From assembly GCF_006345805.1 (NCBI RefSeq), contig NC_042997.1, positions 92,070,001 to 92,134,000 on the forward strand: a stretch of 64,000 nucleotides of DNA. Reading direction: 5' to 3'. The notes beneath the pieces are model-generated. The model had not been told where the DNA came from. It worked only from the letters and a program-made list of their open reading frames with translations, and ran no database searches. The translations under genes were made by a program, and so were the position numbers. Source of the stretch: Octopus sinensis. Lineage: Eukaryota. Positions within the stretch are counted from its first letter, which is position 1. Each line of letters begins with the position of its first letter. Below are positions 25,517 to 39,763 of this stretch, piece by piece.

Positions 25517-27330
25517 TCATACACACACATATAAAATAGGCTCCTTTTAGTTTCTATTTCCTAAATCCACTTACAAGGCTTTGGTTGACCTGGGGCTCTA
25601 ATAGAAGACACTTGCCCAAGGTGCTAGAAAATTACCTTTTCATATTGTCAGTTTACAGTATATGATTACGATTATTCTCTGGGTTTTTCCAGCAGTATTT
25701 CTTTTTAAGGTATAAAATGCATTGAAGATAGTTTCTTGTGCAACATGCAGAAGTTGTGCAGATTTGTTGATCTGGATTTTCTGCTTAGCATAAAAAACTT
25801 TAGAAATAAGGAATATTGTCAATGAAATGAGTGTCTCTCAAAATAGAAAAATCAGCTTGAAAGTGATAATGGAAGAGTGTGGGAAATAAGTTATATCTTA
25901 ATGTACCATATTGCTATAAATCTGTAAGTAATTAGTTATTTATAACAGGTGTCACACACAATTTCTCATAATACAGTTTATTAATTCACAAAAAAATAGA
26001 GACAAAATACATAATATTACCAAGTTTCAGTTTTTTCCCATTGTTCCAGAACAACAGCTCTAGAATATTATAAATAATATTGACAGGTATACTGTGATCA
26101 CCTGCAACTATGTAAGCTTAAATATTGACAAAAAGTTTTATCTTGGGTAACCAATATTTACTACAAAGTGTTTACATGATTTAAAATATAAATCCATTTT
26201 ATAAACAACATGCAAGATAATTAGCCAAGAGTATTAATTTCATATCAATAAAATAGAGTAAAATGATATTTATCAAAATAGTTTGGATTCGATAGATTTT
26301 TTTACTAGCTGTGATATTGAAATGTATCAGCTGTGTACCAATGTGGTTAGCTGGCAAGCAAATGCAAAGAAGAGAGAAAGTTATATTTATTGACTATCAA
26401 TTATTATATTTATTCTAGAGTTTATTCAAATACTGCAATTTTCAGGTGTGGAAATGACGACAGCTTGGCATATAATCAGATCATCATAAACAAGCCACAA
26501 AAGATAATCATTTCAAAAGAAAGGGAAGCAAAGGTAGATTTCTTTCAATAGTGGATCAGAGATAGTTAAACATTTCTACTGGTGGAAAGAAAAGTTCAGA
26601 TAATAATAGAAACAGCAGATACCCAATAGAATGCTAGAGACAGTGGATTCTACATAAATATAGGCATTTTCTTTAAAGAAATAGAAGTAACATAAGAGAA
26701 CAGACTAAAGAGAGAAGGGGTACAAATAGAGGATAAGAGATTTGAGTTTCAGAGATTTGAGGTCTGTATTTTAGAAGATAGAAGGCAGATTTAAGATTGG
26801 GCCAAAGTCCATGGATGTTAGTGTTGAGATGTAAAAATAGTTCAGCTGATTTTTGTTCTTTTTATTAAACTTTTCCACTTTTGTTTTTTAGGTAAATGGA
26901 GGAGCAATGAAAAACTATACTCAGTAAGGTGCTGCTACATTGATCAGAAATGACCTATTCCAATATATTGTAATGAGTTTAAACAGATAGACTAGTAAAA
27001 TTAACTCGATATGAGTTGAAATAAAATGTGTGAAGTCCTTTATGTGTCATTTAAAAAAATTTTACAACTACTTCTATACACTCAACCATTACAATTTATA
27101 TCTTCAAAATTGAAAATATAAAAATTCCTACCATTTATCAGTACAAATTGTTAACATCTGAACAAGAGCCAGTTTCTAATTTTCAACTAAGTAGATTAAA
27201 GTAGCAATGTCATATGACACCTAACATTCAATAGGGAAGCCAATAGCTGCTATATGTTTACTGATGAGAGAAGTAAAATAAATGATATTTAATTTAAGAT
27301 ACATTAATCATAAACTAAAACTACTAGCAT

Positions 27331-27720
27331 ATAGGCACAGGAGTGGCTGTGTGGTAAGTAGCTTGCTTACCAGCCACATGGTTCTGGGCTCAGTCCCAGT
27401 GGGTGGTACCTTGGGTAAGTGTCTTCTACTATAGCGTTGGGCTGACCAAAGCCTTGTGAGTGGATTTGGTAGACGGAAACTGAAAGAAGCCCGTATATAT
27501 ATGTATATATATATATGTGTGTGTGTGTGTTTGTCTCCCCAATATCGCTTGACAACTGATAATGGTGTGTTTACGTCCCTGTAACTTAGCGGTTCGGCTA
27601 AAGAGACCGATAGAATAAGTACTAGGCTTACAAAGAATAAGACCTGGGGTTGATTTGCTCGACTAAAGGCAGTGCTCCAGCATGGCTGTAGTCAGATGAC
27701 TGAAACAAGTAAAAGAGAAA
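27331..27720 (+). mobile_element. tRNA-derived SINE, full length
   Basis: gcacaggagtggctgtgtggtaag head, B-box-like ggctcagtccc, and conserved core and tail. Confidence 0.88.
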
Positions 27721-30279
27721 GTGAAGAGTATAGATAAAAATCAAGTTGCAAGTACATCTGTGTACTTACGAAATTTACTTCACAATCACATGGGTTTGGG
27801 CTTGTTCCCCACTCTATGGTACTTCAGATAGTTGTCTTCTGCTATAGCCAAGGACTGAGCAATGCCTTGTGAAATGAATTCGTAGATGGAAACCGAGAAA
27901 AGCTTATCATATGTATTTAAATCTAACTATATATCTGTGTGTGTGTGTGTGTGTGTGTGTATCCAAGCATATGTGTGCCTGTTGTTCCTATGTGTCCTTA
28001 TTCACACCACTCAAATAGAATTGGTGTCATTATTTACAGTCTCTGGCAAGAAATAATCAATAGTTTTAGTTTCTTCATCACTTTCAATGTGTGGGGACCA
28101 GTGAAATGAAAATATCTTACTTAGAAAGCAGGCAATGGTTGGTGACAAGAAAAGAAAATCCTTAAAAAAAATCTGCACTAGCAAGTTTCAATTAATCCAT
28201 GCCTGCATGGAAAAACGGACATAAAAAGAATGTGATGATAATGATGATGATGATAATGGTGATAAAACATTGTTAATAATTATCTGGTGTTGTTATTCTC
28301 ATGGATTGATCTTGGGAGCTATCCTCAGTGTAATGAACCTTTCCTGACCATATTTGAAAGAACTTTGTAAAATAACATTTTCTTTACAGAGTTGATACGT
28401 AGAACATATAAAAAAACCTCTTACATAAAATTATGAAGGAAGGGTTAAATTTGGACAGTCAATCTAAGACAAGTTAATTTTAACTAGCTACTTGGTCACA
28501 AACCAACCTAACAAATACATATACTATGTTGACATTTTCATAACTCTCTACCAGGTTCTTTACTTTATAGTTATGTGCCTGCTTCCTATAATACTAAACT
28601 TAATCTAGCAATTCCTTAATTTCTAAGTCCCTGACATTCTAAATCATCCATGTCTTTTTATTAAAACTTAAGACAAAAAATATATACTCTTTGATAATTC
28701 ATATATGAATTTTCACTACATTATTGTAAAACAGCATCAGAAACTATATAAGGAACTGCCTTGTTTTTTAAAAATAAAAAAAAAATGTGAAGAGGAGACG
28801 TTGCCAATGAATTAAGGGTCACTCAAACTAGAAGGATAAATTTGAAACTGATGACAGAAAGGTGTGGGAGAAAGGTACAGTTAGTGCAGAATTGGAAGAG
28901 ATTTGAGTATTTGGTAGAAATACTTTACAGGGAAGAAACTTTTGCATGGTGACAGTCCTAAAAATGAAGAAATTGATTTAACATATGGTATAACATTTAG
29001 AGAGAGAGAAACAATACTGGTGTCAATAAAAAGATAAAGGAGCTTATTGAGTAACTTAAGGTGCTAGTTGAGTTCAACTTGGAAATTCGTTATAATAATG
29101 GTAATAGGCATAGCAAAAAACTATGCCAGTGTGTGATGATTTTTAGCCAAGAACTTAATGGTGGAAAGTTTCCTTTTGATTATGGTGTAGAATACCAGTG
29201 ATCAAAAGATCAAAATATTCAGGCCTTATAGTGAATTAACATAGTTTAAAGGTCTGCAGTATCTTTTGATACCAAAGACTAAGTGGTAAGATTCAAGATG
29301 TCTAATGAAAATCCATTAAGTTATATACTCATCAGGAGAGGGTGTGTGATGTGATACTTCTTTCTTGAAAATATAACAATTGTGTTTTGGTAGTGTGAGC
29401 AGTCCCAGGTCAGCCCTGATTGAAATTCAAGCCATAACATTCTTATCTATCAGGGGATCAATGTATCCTTCCATATTTAATAGGGTATGATTTGAAAGAG
29501 CATTGGTTGCTATGTTTGACAAGTTAAGCAACTGTATAGAGACTCTCCAATGTTAGTGTGAACAAAAAGAAAAAAAGAAAAAACATACTATTAAAATATC
29601 AGAGGATAATGTTAAGGTCCTCAACAACCAAAGAAGTTAATGTTTAGAGAGAACTATTGACATTAGAAGCATACAGAGTGTGCCATCATGCCTGTTTTCC
29701 TACATGATAGGAATTGGGAAGTCAGCTTTGTAACTTTCTTACTTGGAATACAAAATTACTTGATGAAAAAGAAAAAAAGTATAATAGGGAACAAATATTG
29801 GTTTTAAATTTTGGCACAAGTCCAGCAATTTCGGGGCGGGGCGGGGTGGGGGTGGTGTGTAAGTCAGTTATAATGATTCCAATGCTCAACTGGTACTTAT
29901 TTTATCGACCCCCGAAAGGATGAAAGACAAAGTCAACCTTGGAAGAATTTGAACTCAGAATGCAAAGACGGATGAAATGCCACTAAGTATTTTGCCAAGC
30001 ATGCTAACAATTCTGCCAGCTTGGCTGCTGTATGTGTAACATATACCGAACATGAAAAAGAAAACGTACAAATAAATTTTTGCCTTGTTTCCAAACACAA
30101 AATCATTTGAAATAGTATAACTGATTGTATCCAATTTCAATTATATCATTAACTTTCAGAATTTCAGTAAAAATTATTTCACTAATTTAATTGGTCAATT
30201 TCTCTAAAAGGCAATAAATGAAAAGGGAGGGGATGATTTTAGCATATATTGAGGATAAATTGCAACTGTCAGCATAATT

Positions 30280-32318
30280 AAAGATTAGAACATTATTTCA
30301 GTTTTAATCCCAACTTCATGAATATTTCACGATTTTTGTTTTTTAAAATTTAGCTCAGTGCAAGAATAAAGAAATCAGTTGAGTAGAACTGATATCCCCC
30401 AAAATCTTTTAATATTCTATAGGGCAAAAAAAAAAAAAGTTAATCAAAACAATGACTGATTTAAAGTGAAATTATTTAAGGTATTGGAACCAATCAGCAA
30501 CGTAAAATTATTCCTTAAAAGAGATAACTTTAGAAAAAAGTTCAGAATACAAGAGAACAAGAGCAACATTTTATTTCCGGACAATAAAACATACACTAAT
30601 TAGAAATATTGAATTTCTAAATGTCTCAGATAAAAATATATCGCGAAGTTTAGAAATAATAATGAAAACTTGTATATTTTGGGTGAGTGAGGGGGATGAG
30701 GAACATGGAAAAAGTCAGCATATGGTCAACACAGAAATTTTTTTTCACAGACTGTAAGAAGTAAAAGTATTTGTGAAAACTTCAGCATTTTGATTGTGTC
30801 AGCAAAAAATATTCAAGTTAGAGAATGCCTAATATTCCCTCGACACAAGTTCTAAAAGCTTTATAAAATGTATGGAATTCGAAATTATAAGGATATTATC
30901 ATCATGTTTTATATATATATGTTTAAAAAATGTCTGAAAACTGAATTTAAAATAATATCGTTGAATCAGCATCTCCATTCAAACAAAATATTTACAAATA
31001 AATTGGAAAAAAATCTTCATAGTATCTTGCAAATCATGTTTATAATAAAACGTTGGCATTACTGAAAACTGAAACTATAAACAACTATAGACTTTTAGCG
31101 TGTGTGTATGTGTGTGTGTATCATACACATTTTCTTTCTGTTGTTATTCGGGTTCTATTTTATTCTATCGCTTCAAACAAACATTTCAGTGTTTATCTGT
31201 CAAATATTCATTTGCAAATATTCCAATGTATTAAGGTGTACATATAAAGATACGGTGTGTTGTTTGCGAAACCTCGGACTCCACCCACCAAAAAAAACTC
31301 TAGATATATTAAAGGAGAAATATAAGGGAAAAAAATTGTTTACTTATTACCTATCGATTATATAATTTCTCTTAGTCTCTAACAATTAAAATCAAACATA
31401 ACAGGATGCTGGAATAAAATACATATAGAAACATGTTTATGGTCGGTTTCAGGAAAACATTCGTTAAATAGCGAATAATCCAAACAAAAGAAGTAGCAAC
31501 ATATGTGAAACGATAAAAAAAATAATAAAAGGGATAAATCAATTACAAACGCTCACCATAACAGGCACACCTGACCACCAACAACAACTAATGCTGTCAT
31601 TCTTCGATTCTGTTCAGCTTTGTCAAGTGTAATGCTTCCACGTCAACAAAAATTAACGGAAACAGATGGGAGGCATTTCAATGTATGGATGACCAAACTA
31701 GTTACAAAATTAAGTTTTTATTCGTGCTGAAATGATGCTATTTAATATAGCTTAAATTTATTTTGGATACACTTCCTTCTCTCTCTCTCTCTCTTTATTC
31801 TGGAAAATTATTATTTTTTATATTGCTCGAGATATTTCAGTGAATTTACCATTTTCTTCTATTCCACTGAATTTTTAAAACGTTTATTACTTCAGTCATC
31901 AGGTTCCTTTTCTTTGAATTTCAAGCCTTGCATTTATATTATCAAATATTTTTATTACTTGTTTAATCAGAATCAGTCCCGTTCCAACAGACGTATAATC
32001 GAAGGCGTTCCAGCCATAACCACCATGTCCTTTATCTAGCACTGTGCTAATTTAAATCAGTCATTGTTTTGATTAACTTTTTTTTTTTTGCCCTATAGTC
32101 ATGATTCTGACTATGCGGTGGTGCCCCAGCATGGCCGCGGCCTTCGGGCTAAAACATTTTTAAGGATTTAAGGATTTATAGAATATTAAAAGATTTTGGG
32201 GGATATCAGTTCTACTCAACTGATTTCTTTATTCTTACACTGAGCTAAATTTTAAAAAACAAAAATCGTGAAATATTCATGAAGTTGGGATTAAAACTGA
32301 AATAATGTTCTAATCTTT
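30280..32318. repeat. Near-perfect ~185-bp inverted repeat (30280-30464 vs 32051-32318)
   Basis: The right arm is the reverse complement of the left apart from one substitution and the A-run length. It is interrupted at ~32099-32175 by a SINE tail with a TATAG duplication. Confidence 0.9.
31557..31660 (-). promoter_or_regulatory. Candidate first exon/promoter of a leftward transcript
   Basis: Donor TG|gtgagc at 31556 and a short ORF MTALVVVGGQVCLL from the ATG at 31600. It lies at the transition from CpG-rich (right) to CpG-poor (left) sequence. Confidence 0.35.
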
Positions 32319-32354
32319 TTATCTTATTTTTATTTTATTTATTTATTTATTTTA

Positions 32355-33070
32355 GTGTAGGAAGACATTTGGATCTGATTTGAGGGAGATTTGGCTCACT
32401 GGAAGCTGACGTCTGTAGAGGACTGAGATGTCGCTGTGGTAAGCCCCTTAATCCCACAGGTCTTCACGGTCTGTCTTGCCGCCTAAATGCTGGTCGTTTC
32501 GCTCGTTGCATCGGCTCGTATTAATAACCCTCAGTTCTGGAGGCGGCGGAATTATCTAGCAGTGATAGGAAAAGGCCAGATGAGCTTACCCTCTGTTTCT
32601 GAGTTAGAGGTAGGTGCCTCATCTGCGACATCAAGGTCTGTGACGCTTTTGGTCTCTCCCACATCTTGGATGCTGCGGTAAACCGCTAAGTTCTTGTCAT
32701 CGTTGGCAGCTTGCTTCACAGAGATGTTAGGTGATGTCCGTGAGGGTGCTTGGCTTTTCCAACACCTGTCATCGTCCGTGGTAATGCTGCGAGCGTACTG
32801 GCTTGCTCCAGTAGGTTCTGTTGAACGTACAGGTGTACTTGTAGTGTGTGACCAATTGAAGCACTTAGTGTTGCATTGATGTTTTTTTTTTTTACTTTTC
32901 TCTTCTCCATTCCTTTTTTCCTCTCTCCCTTTTTCATTTTTCTCCTCTTTTCTTTTCTTTTCTTTGTCTTTCTTTTGTAAGAATATATGGAAGAATCATG
33001 ACTATTGTTTAGGATTTGTATTATCATATAAATACGTATTATATATATAATAAAAGTTTATCAATAAACA
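32355..33070 (+). mobile_element. CRE-clade (restriction-like endonuclease) non-LTR retrotransposon, 3' fragment
   Basis: Homologous to 41360-41890 in the opposite orientation. Gives LGDVREGAWLFQHLS (cf. TGD.RE..WLFQRLS.A..RGNA), a pyrimidine-rich 3' UTR and AATAAA. Confidence 0.75.
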
Positions 33071-35458
33071 GAACAAAGATTAGTTGATCAAATTTTCAAA
33101 TAGGATCTCCTTTGGATCACACAAAACCACAAATTTGCAGGGAATGTATATAGTCGATCGAATCGACACTAGCAATACCAGATACCAAGGCAAAGCCAAT
33201 CCTGGTGGAATTTAGAAGGAACTAAATGCTGTACGTAATTAACGTAATCAATCCGGCATTCTAAGGTTTCCAACACTCAACTACTTTATGAAAAGAAAAA
33301 TAACGATATTACTGATGAGATTCATAAGAATTTCATGCTAACCAGTTTTTTTATATTTTATTAATTTATTATTTATCTATTGAATATTTTTCAAAGGAAA
33401 GATAAGAAGTACACCCTTTGCAAGCCCTTCACATACCACGCAAATAGATGGGTTGATATTCTGCTGATTTGTTTTTTTTCTTCTCTGATTGATGCTTATA
33501 AGGAAAATATGATCAGAGTTCAGCAGCGCAGCAGTTCTGGGATAGAAAAGTTTGAGTAAGGTATCTAAAACAATATATCGTTCGTTTTAAGATACATTGT
33601 CATTTTATAAGATTTTGCTGGCAAATTTTAAAACCAACATAAACAAATAAAATGTGAGAAGTTTGGAATACGGTCTGAATTTCAGTATTGCGATGTCCTG
33701 GGTTCAAAGCCATACGGGGTCAATTTGGCCTTTCGCCTCTAAGGTCAATAAAATATATTTAAGTTAAATACTGGGAGCAATGGTACTGACTTATTCTCTC
33801 TTCTTTCAAAATTGCTAGCGTTGTGCTGGCATCTTCTGTCAGTGATGAGAGACCAATGTTGCCCCGTGGTATGTATCTTTCACGGTCTAAACTAACACAT
33901 TTCGTATGCTCACATAAATGTATCCATATTTATGTGCACCATTTACGGCGTATAGATCACAAGTGTCTCAATGTTTTCAACTTATTACTTGTCTAACCCC
34001 CAAGTATACCGAAATGTAAGTGTAAATTTCCGTAATGAATATTGGAAAAAAAAATTGCTGTGAAGCTGGTTGCGGAGAAACTCTTACTTGAGGAAAATGA
34101 TCATATAGAAAATTTTTTTGATGGAGTTAAGACTAATCCTTTGTTGAACATCTCTGCAAAGGTGTAAATAACGTCGCTTCAAAACAAGCAAAACATGAAT
34201 AATTATAGAAATTTACACCGTACATTCGATGGTATACTGTATATATGTTGAAATTTCTCTCCTATCTAGTCTAGTTCTGTACGACGGGCTTCTGATGGCG
34301 TCACATGGTGAATTCAGTCAAAAAGCGACCGTTGCTGTTTCTTTGTAACTATTAGTAGTGTGCACCCCAGCACACTGTTCGAGCAGTTAATGCAGCTGCT
34401 GCTTGTGGGTGTATTGTTGTATTCTTTTATGTCTGTAGGAGTGATAGGTTTTTAGGACTTGTAGCATTGTTGTAAATGTGGTTGTTGTTTAACCACAGAT
34501 CAACACTACACTTGTTTTCATTTTTTTAAAAACTTCGATGCATTTAGAACTACACTATTCTTTGTGTTTCATTTTAAAGTAGGCTGTAATTTAAGAGAAA
34601 TTTAGTTACAATTTCTTGTGAGGTCTATATCCATAGATGAACGAAGCAAAATTACTCAAAATAAAGACCACTTTGAAAATACGAAGGCTCAGTTTGTTGG
34701 CACATACCAAGCTCAGACACTGATAATATCTGACACTGTCATCTTCAGACAAACAGACATATGTGTGAGCCAATACGAGGGCAATGCTGTATCACAAATA
34801 GATTCATTAACATCAGTTACATATCTGTACTATTCAACACTTCTAGAGTATATCTTGTGATTAAATCAATTAGAAGCTTTTATGAATATTCATGTTATAC
34901 TTTGGAGTAGATATAAAAGCTGTAAATTGCCGTTATGTAAATAAGCCGAAGCATTTCAGTCTGATCAGGAACAAAGCTGCGATTTGCTAAGTTGTAATGA
35001 GAATGAACATTTACTGAATTTGTTTTTCTGCTTCGTAAATGTTTAAAGAATGGAAAGTGCTGAGCAAGCAAGGTCAAGATTATGCTGAATCCTATTAATT
35101 TGTAAGCACCCATTAGTAGGTTAAAACCTCAAAGAGGACTGCTATTGCATTGCAACAAGATCTGTTTAAAATAACAACCCAGTTGCTTCGTACCACTTTG
35201 TACAGCTTCTTATGTATCACCAACATAGTTTTAAAATATTTATTGAATGGAGAATGTTTTGCCATGTACGCCATGCCCATTAGTAAAATGACAAAATTAT
35301 ACTTGATTAAATTAGAGTTAGTCTTTAGATTTTGAAATGGAGATACAGCTATGATTTACGCATACTTGAAATATATCTTGTCTTTTATCTTTTATTTGTT
35401 TCAGTCATTAGACTGCGGTCATGCTGGGGCACCGCCTTGAAGAACTTTTAGTCGAATG

Positions 35459-38400
35459 TGTAAAGGACCGTATGATGCGTGATAATGAGAGTTGATGTTG
35501 GACAACACACGGTCCTTAAAATATATGTAAGATAGAATGCGACTTGTGTGCAGGGAGAAAAGAGAGAGACACAACAGCGTAGAATGCTTATGAAAGATTT
35601 ATTGATATATTTACATGTATCTGTGTGTGTGAGCATAGGTGTATGCGTGTGCGTTGTACCTATATAGCAATGAAGACGAAGAGAGGGAAAGAAGTCTATA
35701 ATGAGAAGTTAGATGTTCATGGACACAAGAACAAAAATACCAGTTTGTGATCAACTGTACACGGGTTGTTGCGATGCTGTATCAAGACGTTGTGGATGTA
35801 ATGCGGAGCCGGTTGCGGTACGTGAAGTTGTAGCTGTAATGTTGCTGCCTGTGTCACTTGTACAGTTCTCGCAGGTTGTATGTTTGCTGTTAACTATGGT
35901 GAAGTAATTCACGAACAGTGCTATGTTAGAACCTGTGCAGTGTTGCTGGTGCTGTGTACGTAGAGATGTTGTTGACGTTGATGAGAGACATGATGGTGAC
36001 TTCGAAGACGGAGGTCGCTGTAATGCTGTTGGACTGGTGTTGTCTGGCGTTGTCGCTGGAACTGGCTGTCTTGTGTGGTCAGTGGCTAGACCTTAGAACG
36101 TCTGGAACCAAAGTTATTCTTATTTCCCACAAGGGATAATAGAGGGTACAACACAAAACATGTGGGGGACAAAAAAACGAATGAAAGAAGAATGAGATGA
36201 ATTTGAAAATGAAAAGATGAAATGAAGCTTTTCGACCCCACCTCCGAGCGATTTCATTTATACTGTTAGTACGACCTTAATTCGATCGAGCTCCGTCTTG
36301 CTTGTAGAGTGTCAATTTTGTAAACCTCTCGGAGGTTATATACTTTGGTACCTGACTGGTGTTCATTGTTTTCTCTCAGTATTCAATGTCATCATTGTAT
36401 TTAACTATTTTTGAAATTATTAATGTTATACCCCTTGCTCGGGTCCTTCCTGATCAGTGTCACCACTCCGTAGATTTGGGAAATTCCCCCATTCTGCTGC
36501 CAATTCGCGAACACACTAGACAGTACGTTCCCGAACAAGTCTGGTATACATTAATATAAAATTCATAAGGTAGACCATCCAATGCCGGCGACTTGTCCCC
36601 CAGGCACTCGGAAAGCACCTCTATAACCTCCTCGACCCTTCACGGCGCTCAGCATCACACGCCGAAAGACGCAGGCCAGGAACTGCCGGCGGTATACCCA
36701 TGGTCCAGCGTAGCAAAGTGCTCGTGAAAGGTCTTGCACATCTCTTCTTGTCCTTGGTTCTCCTGTCCATGCTCGTCTACCACATACCTTATCGTAGCCT
36801 CCACACCACGTCGGATTTCTTCTGAGTGAGCCTACTCGGCAACGTTGATACCCTCACCGCCCAGTGCACGTATTTTAGTCCGGACTGCGCATCCTTCGTG
36901 TTTAGCATTGCTTGCTAAATCTAACCGACTCAAATCGAATGGCTCTTTTGAGGGTACTCCACCACCGGTTAGTGCCCTCATTACTAACACCTTAATCTGA
37001 CTATGGTAAGTTTCGCAATCCAATAGGGACTTGTTCATCTTCCAGTAGCCAGTTCCCTGTCTATGAACCTTATCTATATGCAGCCTACACGTCACTAATT
37101 TGTCATCCGTGTAGGGTACATAGGTAAACTGTGGACAGCTTAAACTAGACTTAGCTCTAGCATTAACTATTATCCTGTCTATATAAGACCTGATAGATCC
37201 GTCGTTATTAGATCAAATCCACATTAGAACGCTCGGATTATCAAGTCTGTATCGATCTGCCAGCCTAAATCGCTTCAGCAGATCGATGAGGTGTGAGTTA
37301 AACTTCTTAACATTTGAGCCTACGCTATCCAGGTGTGCATCCAGAATAGCATTAAAATCACCTAGCAAAACTAGTGTCCTTGATGTCACAAGAAAGTTCT
37401 TCAGGCGTCGATAGAACTCATCCTGTTTGCCTAGCGTACTAGGCGCGTAGATGCCAACCAGCCTGAGGGCCTTACCTCTGTATGTCAGATCCACAACGAC
37501 CGACTCGCTTTCTGGATCCACGAAGATCGTACGTGTCTGCAGAGCCAGGCTTTTCCGGAGCAAAACTACAACACCTCTACTCACCACCCCACTTCTGGCT
37601 AGGAGACATGATTTTCTCATAGCCATTCAAGAGAGTTCTGAAGGCCTGCAGCTTGTCCAGCCTGGTCTCTGTAGCAACCATAATATCAATTCTGTGTGAC
37701 CTGAGGTCGTTGAAGAGGCAAGCCTGCTTCCACTTCGAACCCAGGCCACGGACATTTAAACACGCAATGCATAGCGTAGCCATGTCAAACATGAAAAAGA
37801 AGGAAATTCGAGCTTACCTGCTCATTTATCTTTGAGGGGGATTATTCTCAGTATTTCTGAGACAAGTTCCCCCACTCCTTTCTTTCATATAAAAATGGTT
37901 CTACCGGCGGGTTAAATACCGTAGGCAGTTTTTTCAGTTCTGCTATCTCTTTTGGGTGTCTACTTTTAAGTTCGTTGTATAATTTTCGAGCGATTCTTCC
38001 CAGCGTTACTGGGCTCATTTTATTGTCGTTGGCATATAGGGATGTTTTGTGGTGAGGTCCAATGACCCCATCCAGGTATTTGCTGTTGTTTTTGTAAACG
38101 ATTGTCGTAGTGTCTTCTCTTTCAGGAATATCAATTGTCTCCGACATAAACTTATTTTCTTTATTTTTTCCTTTTTCCTTCAGTTCAGGTTTCTTGGCTA
38201 TTTTGGTTTTTGGAGCTGCCTCCTGTGTATTGGTGGGCGACTCCATTCTTTTGGTTCACTTACGCGACACCGTCTGGAAGTCCATATTTTCAGTAGACGG
38301 TGTCACAACTGACTCTGGCTTCTCGGGGTTTTCCCCACTAATGGAGGCGGTCGCTTGCTGTGTAATGGCCTCCTTGGCCGAAAGCGCTGCCTCTTTACTT

Positions 38401-39763
38401 TCCCCCCTGGGTTCGTCTTTACTAGTAGAGGTAGTCGCCCGCTGTGTCACATCTCTGTGGCTGAAGGGACCGCCTCTTCGTTTTTCTCTTCCTTCTCCTC
38501 TGCTTCCTTGTCCTTCTTTGTTTTTTTATGGGGCATTTTGACCTCAGGTGCTCTTTTTTTTCACATTGACTCCTCTACGTGTATTGTTTCTGGTAGACCT
38601 TCTAAATCTAGACTTGTCGTTTGTACCAGGATCTCCAGAGTTTGACCTCGCCAATTTTGTGGGGCATCTCTGGAGATCTGAATAATATTTATTTTGTCCT
38701 CTCTCTTGTAGAGGAGTGTGGCAAAGATCCATGCTACTTCCACCTCTGGGGGATGCTCTTAATCTTTATCCGGGACGTTCTGCGTCCCAGATATAGAGGC
38801 AGTAGCATGACGTTGCCACATAGTAAGGTTCAAGTTGAGATTTCTCTTACCTTCTCAATCGATTCGAACCTTGCTTCGATGGTCGTGTACCCTGTGCCTC
38901 GGGTTAGGTACTTTATTTCGTTCATCACCGGCTCGAGACACCTTTCAACTGTGCTTTCCTCCAAATATACCAGCCTTTTCTGTTCCACATCATATGTTTT
39001 ATATACAATGGTCTTTTCCTTTGTCTTGTTTCTTATTTCACTCGGGGGTGTTATCTTACTTTCACCGTTTTCTTCGGCGATCATACCATAGTATGCCTGT
39101 ATACCTTCCATCTTCAAAATAATTGTTTCAAGTCCGCCAATAGCGGCGGTAAAATTCATTTTTCTTTTCTTTTCTTTTCTTTTTTTGTTCTTCTACAGAA
39201 GACAATTTCAACATTTTTTTTTAAATATTCAAAAATTCCACAATTTTGGTTCCGAAAAAGAACGCGGTTCAAAATTAACCGCAAGCAGTAAATACAGTTT
39301 ATATATCCTTCCCCCTGGTGGGAGGATAACAGTTCACAACATTAACGCAGATAACTACTCTGCAACGCTTCCCCCACGGGAAACCAACAAGTACGATGTA
39401 ACAATTCCTGCAAGCAGGCAACAGCTACAACAACCAACTTTCAAGGCAAACATAAGCAGACACATCACGTAAGAATGTGAGCAAACGATGGTCTGGAACC
39501 AAAGTCCTCTAGAGGAGGAGTAGCTGGTTTTTTTATAGGGAGCAGACTGGGTTTTTATAGGGTTGAGAACAGACTGTCTCACGTGATTTATTTGGAGGCT
39601 GCAATTGGCGCGACAGAGTAAAAGACAAATTGCGCCAGTACCAACCAATCAGAGTGGTGGATACAACGGGATTCAAATAGCGGCCAAAGATTAGCTGTTA
39701 TCTGCTACGTTCGGATGTTTGTATAATAAAAGGGAGATGAATTTCACTAGAGTGTATGCTACA
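35459..39763 (-). mobile_element. Solo LTR (~0.9 kb) split by a Tx1 insertion, itself inside a SINE
   Basis: Begins TGTA at 35459 and ends TACA at 39763; flanks aatg/aata (3/4, possible 4-bp TSD). It interrupts a SINE (35380-35458 resumes at 39764). The minus strand has CCAAT (~39604), TATAAAAA (39559-39552) and AATAAA (~35600). Confidence 0.65.
36115..39490 (-). mobile_element. Tx1/L1-group LINE, internally deleted, with 15-bp TSD
   Basis: gtctggaaccaaagt at 36100-36114 and 39491-39505. Fragmented ORF1 (39159-38540). ORF2 APE motifs CLNVRGL, ATETRL, GVVVLL, LVGIYAP, LLGDFNA, GYWKMN.SLL. RT start KSPALDGLPYEFY...WQQNG, then an abrupt jump to the 3' end. Confidence 0.9.

Noticed and set aside
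26139-26153. 15-bp antisense match to the SWEET first coding exon (2300-2314)
   Set aside because: A single short match without flanking similarity; plausible by chance.
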